From Podarcis bocagei (Eukaryota): a stretch of 64,000 bases of DNA. Positions 56,394 through 64,000 of this stretch are shown here, piece after piece. Numbering within the stretch: position 1 is the first letter of the stretch; every line of letters starts with the position of its first letter. The translations under genes and the position numbers were made by a program. The notes under the pieces are model-generated. The model was given only the letters and a program-made list of their open reading frames with translations. It made no database searches and was not told the origin of the DNA. The stretch lies in the NCBI GenBank assembly GCA_964188305.1, contig OZ076897.1, one strand, 5' to 3'.

Positions 56394-59300
56394 AGGTGGG
56401 GCAAAATGCACAAGGCAGTAGCACAGCTTAGTTCATGAGACTCGGTGTAAGACTAAATACTCATTATTCTCCCCCCTCCCCCATTTATTTTTTTTATGTT
56501 GTTTAGGAAGATTATCTGACATGAGAGATTTTTCAAAGTCTAAACGGTCATACATCAAGGAAACCTAAAATACACAATTTTCAGCCGCTGGGCAGCAGTG
56601 TCAGGCTGCATAGCTCCTATGGTTTATTCCAACTCTAAGCTCTCAATATGAAGGCAATGGAGTAGTGAAAGCATCATGAGTTCATAATGTGACAACAGTA
56701 TTAGAGGACTGCATTAGGAACCGTTGTATTTTCCCTTACAGATCATAAGGCAAAGTGGCAGGCTCTCTGGAGCAGTACAAAATCTATAGTGAAAATACAG
56801 AGAAAAATGTGTAAATGCATTTCCCACTTTTTGCTTAAACATTCTTAAATAGAATAGTGTGGGAGGAGGCTGCCATTTCTTATCCCTCCTTAGAAATTAC
56901 AAAAGAAATGGAGCATACAGGAGATGCTTGGCCACTAAGAAAAAAGAAAACGGTTTGCATGACATTAGCAGGGTAATTTTATTAACCCTCACAGTCTTTC
57001 AGCCCATATTCCTCCTCGCCCTCACTTATCAGGAGCATTTTACATGTTAGACTGCAAACTTTGTTAAGTTAAGTCGTATTCATAACTTTGCATCATTCTG
57101 AGAGGAAAGTGAGTAAATAATGGGCATGGCAGTTAAGACTATTTTTTCTACACGGCATGAGTACCAGCACAAATCAGGATTTTTAAAAAAAAAACACCTA
57201 TGAAGGGACAGCGAGTCCTTATGTTTCTTCATGTCTCATGTTTTGTTGCTGCTTGTATATTTAACAGATATATATTTGTAGCACGAACTCTCTATGATAA
57301 TACTCCCAAAATGGTGTTCCTATCTTGTCAATCTGTACTGAAGGGAAGAGAAAGGTCAAGATTTAGAGAACTGCAGAAGTGCCTGAAAAAACTGAGTCTG
57401 ACGTGGTTTCTTCTCAGGTTTTTTGATAGAAGGCAGAACCTTCTTCTTATCCCTGGTCTCTACTAAGTGGACTTCCAGAGATTCCTCAAAGAGTTTGGAC
57501 TCTGAGCCTGAAGAAAAGTTTCAGAATCATTGGGGGAGCTCTCCATAGTCAACCCCATCTGACCCAGAGAATCACTAGGGACCCCTTGCCTGGATCCTCC
57601 AAGGGAGTGTGCATAGACTCCCTCCTCTTTGCCATTGCCGTGAGGGGAAAGTTAATCATTCTGGGTGCACAGGTGCAATGCAAAATGCAGGAAGGCCTAA
57701 CACGACTTCACCCACTGTTGCCTTTCTTCAAAACTCCCAATTAATCATCAAGGAATAAGATAGAGACCCAACTCAGCCCAATGAATCAGGAAGTGAGCAC
57801 AGAGAACATGAAAGCCACTAAACTCCCAGATGCAGGAGTCAGGTCTCAAGCTGTTGGGGCCTCCAGAAGGACTGCTGAGGAGAAATATAAAATGGCACTC
57901 CTGCTCTCCAAAACGAGGGGGGAAATGCAATCTCCTGTCCCTGTTGCTTCTGTGACATCCTTAGGTGGTTGTCTGGCATTCAGGCCCAGAACCCAACCAC
58001 CTACTACATTCTCCCCTTTCCCAGAATGGCAGGGAAGGAGAGAAAATATGATGAAAAACAAAGGGGGGTAATGGAAAACAAAAACTAAAGAGAGGACAAC
58101 TGAGATTGTACACAAAATCCACTGAAACAAGTACTCAGACAAGTGCTTCTCACAGGGAGAGCCAACTGCCCCTAGCATCTAAAGAGATGGGATGACTCCC
58201 CCTGCCCCGGAGAGGGAACAAGAATCTGAAGATCCTGCCTGTGTCCAGCAGGGGGAGTTATCCTTATCAGGAATGTTGCCCCCCTCCATCTGGTAAAAAA
58301 TGCTTTGGAAAAATGCAACTGTTATATAAATAATTAGCCAAGGTTACTCATATCTGCCTGCCTAGAGAGATAACAAATGGAGTTGAAGAACTTAGTGAAA
58401 TTTACACCACTTGTGAATTTGCAGTGCAAATTTCATTGAAAGCATTGGTCAGCCTCAGGAAATTTGTGATGAAAACAACAACAACTAGGATCTCACCTCC
58501 AGGATCTGAGGAACAGTTCTTTCACAGATCAGTGAGAAAGAAGGTATTCTGAACCAACTAAAGAGCATCCATTCTTACTTCCCTTTCCTCTCATTGCTTC
58601 CTCACTCTTCTCCCCTTTCTTTTGCTCCATTTGAGACTGTGATTTCTAATCTACACATTCCAATAGAATTGCCCATATCCTCCTCCTTTGTTTTGACTGT
58701 ATATTTATCCCCACAAGACAAAAACTTGGATGAGGTTAAAGCAGAGAACAATTCACTGGGGGAAAGGTAGAAACATTACAATGTATGCTGTAGATATCTG
58801 AAGCCAAACAATTACAAAACTCATTAAACTAAAAAATAACCTTGAAAGAGCTCCAAATAGGTTAAATATACACTATTCAAGAAATCCAAACAATTCTAGG
58901 TCTTTCCTATAGCAATATCAGATAATAAAAATAGCATTAGGAAAAATGTATTGCAATCTTACATTCCCCCCCTTCCAATTTTATTAGATTTCTATATTTT
59001 TACCCTTTGGTGCGGTACTTTGGTACATACTAATTATTATTAGCTACACTCCTTCAGTCAAGAAGTTGTAATAAATTTAACAATTTACTTAAGTTACATA
59101 CTTTTTATCTACACAGATTTCCCATAAACCTTTTGCTACCTAAATTTTGGTGTCTATGTACCAGCCTCCTGTACTCTCCCAATCTCATGCTAGTACATAT
59201 GTATGTTCTCAAAGGACTGACACCAAGCATCCCAACAAAGGCAGATTTATGGGCGCAAAGCTTATGAGGTGTTGTAACTATGACATCCCACATAAGGCGA

Positions 59301-60087
59301 GAGGCTGGGGGGAGCCAGATTTTGGCATTGCACAGGGTGCCACTGAAATTTGAGGTTCCAAGTTCTCCTACTGATCCCAATAACCCTTATATGCATGTCT
59401 GATGCTGCACTCATCATTCTTTAATATGGAGCAGGCAGGGACATCTCAAATTTGTGTGACAATATAGAGCAGCCAGCACCAACTTGGGGCCCTCTAAATG
59501 CTTTGGCCTTTAACTCCCATCAGCCATAGCCAGCATGGCTATGATAGTTAGGACTGATGGGAGTTGTAGTCCAAAAATCTGATGTTGTGTAGATAGGAAA
59601 CTGCTCTATGTCAGTATGAATATATTTTGCTGAAAAGGCTGCAATGAATCAGCCTTTAGGGAGGATACCGTTGCAGGTGGCGGGGAGACATTACATGAGA
59701 AAGAATAAGTTACAGAACTGAATAGATTAATATTGGAAGTGCAGCCTTATCCCTGATCCCAAATAACTTGTGATACCACACTGTTCATTTTGTTTACTGA
59801 AATAGAGCCACAATAAAAAACTTAAGCACACAAACAAAGCAATAGATGCCATATCCAATTATTCTCTCCCAAGTCAAAACTGAGCCATCCAACAAAATAA
59901 CAAACTTTCAAGATGAGACTGCTTTTTGCAAAGCAAGTGAAGCTGCTACCTGGAATATGAGTGTTTATTAATATTGTTATTCAGAAAGCACAAAGACCAG
60001 AAGACAATGCCCTGGGAAACTGGCAGCGGAGCAGTAGAAAATTCACTGAAATGATATACAAAAGCAGGCAATCTGCTGAAAGGACTA

Positions 60088-60324
<237 letters not shown>

Positions 60325-60546
60325 CTATATCTATACATCTATTCACATCAAACCTCTCTCTGGCTCTCCCCGCTCCCTGCCCAATATTTTTTAACCACTA
60401 ACAAATACTTAGAAGAAATATTATACCACCGGTACAATTAAATTCACAGTTACTTGCATGCAATGCACATAACACAGAGACTTGCACAAATATGGCGTGA
60501 ATTTTAATCTGTTTTAGTATTTTAACTTCTTGTAAGTGTTAATGTA

Positions 60547-60770
60547 CAGTCGTACCTTGGTTCACGAACAGAATGCATTCCAGGAGTCCGTTCAACTCCC
60601 AGAATGGTTCAGAAACCAAGGTGCAGCTTCCGATTGGCTGCAGGGGCGTCTGCAGCCAATCAGAAGCCGTGGAAGCTGCGCCGAATGTTCAGCTTCCAAA
60701 AATCGTTCAAAAATCGAACACTCACCAAAACGTACGAGTTCCGAGGCGTTCGGCAACCAAGGTATGACTG
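60547..60770. mobile_element. Tc1/mariner (pogo/Tigger-like) MITE
   Basis: TA|CAGTCGTACCTTGGTT...AACCAAGGTATGACTG|TA; internal hairpin gcttccgattggctgcag / ctgcagccaatcagaagc. Confidence 0.9.
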
Positions 60771-61951
60771 TATTGTATTTTTGTGATCTTATGGTTTTAT
60801 CTTCTTGTAAACCTCTTTGTTTTTTACAATCAAGTGGGATATAGACTTTCAAGCTTTAACTTCAAACACACATAAATGATGTTGTAAAGCTTTATTTTGC
60901 CAATCTTAAACCTCCCCATCTTTAAGAAGTGGCTACAATGAAACAGAACAAATTGTAAAATCTCTGCTACTACATTTTACAACTAAAAAGCTTACTGGTT
61001 AAGTCCTGACTTTAAGGATAATTCACACAAAAGCAGATAAAAAATCAACAAGTTAAAACAAATTTTATTCATAGCAGCTAGACTAACAATAATCAAACAA
61101 AGGAAAAACTTAGGGGACATTCTAATGAATGAATGGTATCAGAAAATAAGGTCTATTGCTTTAATGGGGAAATTATCTCTGTAACTGAAAGGCAGGAAAC
61201 CCTAACAAAAACTAAAGATAAATTCCAGACGTTCTGGTGACCACTCCAGTAAAACATGCAGCAATTTACAAAAGCCATCCTATTGATCTGATAGCCACAC
61301 AATTAATACATAAAAACTGATACCACCCTAAGAAGTGATCTGGATATACCCATCCAGACATAACCATATTTATGTCAACCCTTATCAACAGGCATAAAAT
61401 TTTATTTTATTTTTAAATCACAGCGTAAGAACATGTTTTTAAATATAAGATAAACACTTAAATACAGCATGATACTGTCTGTCAGGACTGGAAAAGGCTT
61501 GCTTTACAGCAACTTTTTGCCGAAAACACACCATTAAAGCCGCTAGAAAGCTGCCTTATATTGTCAATCCACTTATTGTCTAGGCACTGAATTGTCAGCC
61601 ATTCTCCAGGGTCTCAAACAGGGCTGTTTCACAGCCCAACCTGAAGATGCTGGGGTTTAAACCTGTACTTTTCTGCAGGGAAAGCATGTGATCTACCACT
61701 AACTACAAGCATCTCCAGAAGTAAAAAAAAGGAAGTTGCTATTTGAGTGTGAGCGAAGGAAATTAGTACCTCACCTGCCTGCGACTGAGGGAGTGCATGT
61801 TTATCAGGGATGGGGAACACACACACACATACACAAATACCCCCAAGCCCAGCCCTTCTGAGCAAGATACCGAAAACTATCTGGATGTAAACAATCCATA
61901 AGAGAAACTACAAGGATATTACTGATCTGATTATATTGCTGTTCCATTTTT

Positions 61952-62160
61952 ACTTAAAATTACTTTCTCATCTCAGCAGTTCCCAAGGTATTTTATAAAT
62001 AGTATTAAAACCTCTTCTGCCTCTGGAGCAGAAGAATTTTTTTTGCATGTTTGAAATTCATAGTGTTGATAGATTTTGTGCTATTCCAGAGGCAGGAGAG
62101 GTTTTCATACTATTTATGAAATACCTTGGGAGCTGCTGAGATGAGGAAGTAAGTTTAAGT
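61952..62160. repeat. Long inverted repeat (76-bp arms)
   Basis: 61952-62027 vs reverse complement of 62085-62160: 70/76 matches, no gaps; 57-bp spacer. Confidence 0.92.
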
Positions 62161-62565
62161 CCAGGGGCCTTACAATAATTTCAGAATAATAGCCTAGTAG
62201 TTCTCCTAGAAGCTTCCTAGTACATCTCCTTTGCAAGGATGGAAAACATGTGGCCTTCCAGATGTTTGGGACTACAACTCCCATCAAGTCCAATGGTCAG
62301 TGATGATGGGAGTTTAGCCGTACAACATTTGGAGAGCTGTATCTTCCCCATTGCTTACCTATGGGCTTACTGACATTCATATAAAGAGATAGCATGCAAA
62401 CGCCATAATCACTATACTAGAAAATAGGTTTCAAATGACATAAAAGTAAGGCTTCGGTGGATCCTGTTATGTATAATAACCAAACAAACTGACAAGGTAT
62501 GCCACTCTAAGTTGCCTGGATGAAGAGTTCCCCAGAAAAGAGCCAGTATGGAATAGTGGTTAGAG

Positions 62566-62771
62566 CAAAGCTTTCTAAACTGTGTGTTGTGACACATTAG
62601 TGTATCGGCTGCATTGTGTAGATATGCTGCACAAACACTCCCCATGCTCCTCCTGAGGCTAGAAAGGGGTTAGTTTAAACTCTGGTTTGCTAGTAAAACT
62701 GAACTACTGTGTTGTGAAATGATGCATGTCTAAAAAGTGTGTCACCAACATGAAAAGCTTGGAAAGCTCTG
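62566..62771. mobile_element. hAT-like MITE nested in a tRNA-SINE (about 62539-62905)
   Basis: TIRs CAAAGCTTTCTAAAC / GCTTGGAAAGCTCTG split a Squam3-like SINE just after its A box (tggaatagtggttagag | ...ctgggtgaccttggatcagtca). Confidence 0.7.
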
Positions 62772-64000
62772 GGTGTTGGGGGAGGCACAGGTTAAAATTC
62801 CTGCCCAGGCATGAAGTTCACTGGGTGACCTTGGATCAGTCATCATGCTCTCTCAGCCCAACCTACATCTCAGGGTTGCTATTGTGAGGATAAAATGAGG
62901 AAGGAGGAAAACTCTTATTCTACACCAGTATTACATTGCCAGCAGTGTTGGAGGAGGGGAGAGAGGAGGATGTGCGCATCAAGTTGCACCAGAGATGATG
63001 GACAGATTGAATAAATATGAGCATACCAAACATAAGGGGCTATTTCCAAATACCTGGGTCCATAATACTTGCTTTCAGAATAATTCCCGTGAAGCCATAT
63101 GTATGTACTTCTTGGAAAAGAGAGTGAGCAACTAGATTTCTGTCCAATCCTGTGTCAGTATGGGGGAAGAATTATAGCTTACAAAACCAGCACATCAGTT
63201 ATAAGGCAGAAACCTTCTCACCAGCCAGCTAATTTTCTATGTGGGGGGGGGGGGGAGGGGAGATGCTTTGGGGTTTGTTTCTTGTGTTTTTAGTGCAGGG
63301 AAATATTCAGATATGCACCCTCCCTGCCAACCCACAAGGTGGTAAGGTCTTAGGAGAACTATACCAGATGATGATTTAAATCAGAACTGGATATTATTTA
63401 TCTTCTGATAATACTGATGTGGCTGCTGGGTAAACTGCTACCTGTACTAAGATAGGCACACCGTTTATACATTTTGCTAATTATTTGAACTTGTTTAAAA
63501 AATCATAAATGTCATAGTTCCAGGGCATGGTCTAAGGACACAGGATGCAACCACTTTGCTCAAACTCCTAGATGGGAGGCCACCAGGAAACCCTATACAT
63601 GCTGTCATGAGTTCAATCATGGGGGAAAGCTGGGGCATAAATTAACTAAATAAATTGAGCTGGCACGAACAAAAAATAAAATATAAAAAAATAGTAAGTT
63701 TAGGCCAGACTGCTAATGCTGTTCAGATGCCAATCAGCTTTGAAAAATGGCTGCTCACTCAAAGATCCCCCTGCTCTTCAGTTGAAAAACCACTGTGCTA
63801 ATACCAGAAAGGAACTTTGCACAGTCTCCATCCATTAACTGATTATTATCACAGAGTGTTTTCATGTGGGGCAAGCTGGAGTCCCTCCAAGTCCCCATCT
63901 TCTTTTGACTTAAGTGCTTGCAGCCAATAAAAAGTGACACATTGTTGCAATTAGTGTTATTCACAGTCTTGTGTCTAATTAATTTTTGTTCCTGCTTTGT

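Overview
Eukaryotic (vertebrate) genomic DNA, most likely a lacertid lizard judging from the repeat families (Squam3-like SINE with a (CTT)n tail, Tc1/pogo-type and hAT MITEs, L1, L2, CR1 and Penelope relics). The whole window lies inside the polarity gene PARD3 (Par-3) on the minus strand. Nine coding exons (1,203 nt, all GT-AG, reading phases consistent) encode PDZ2, a 13-aa cassette, PDZ3, the linker, the aPKC-binding CR3 motif ([11 protein letters not shown]) and a 15-aa cassette. They correspond roughly to human exons 10-18; the neighbouring exons were not found in the window. The rest is intron rich in degraded or nested transposable elements. Most ORFs in the supplied track are spurious. 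I see no firm evidence for a novel multi-gene system. The best leads are two candidate intronic alternative first exons that would splice in frame (one TATA-preceded, giving a PDZ-less Par3 that keeps CR3), apparent absence of alternative donors recalled from mammals, an Rbfox/QKI motif cluster around the 45-nt exon, and intronic dsRNA-forming structures.
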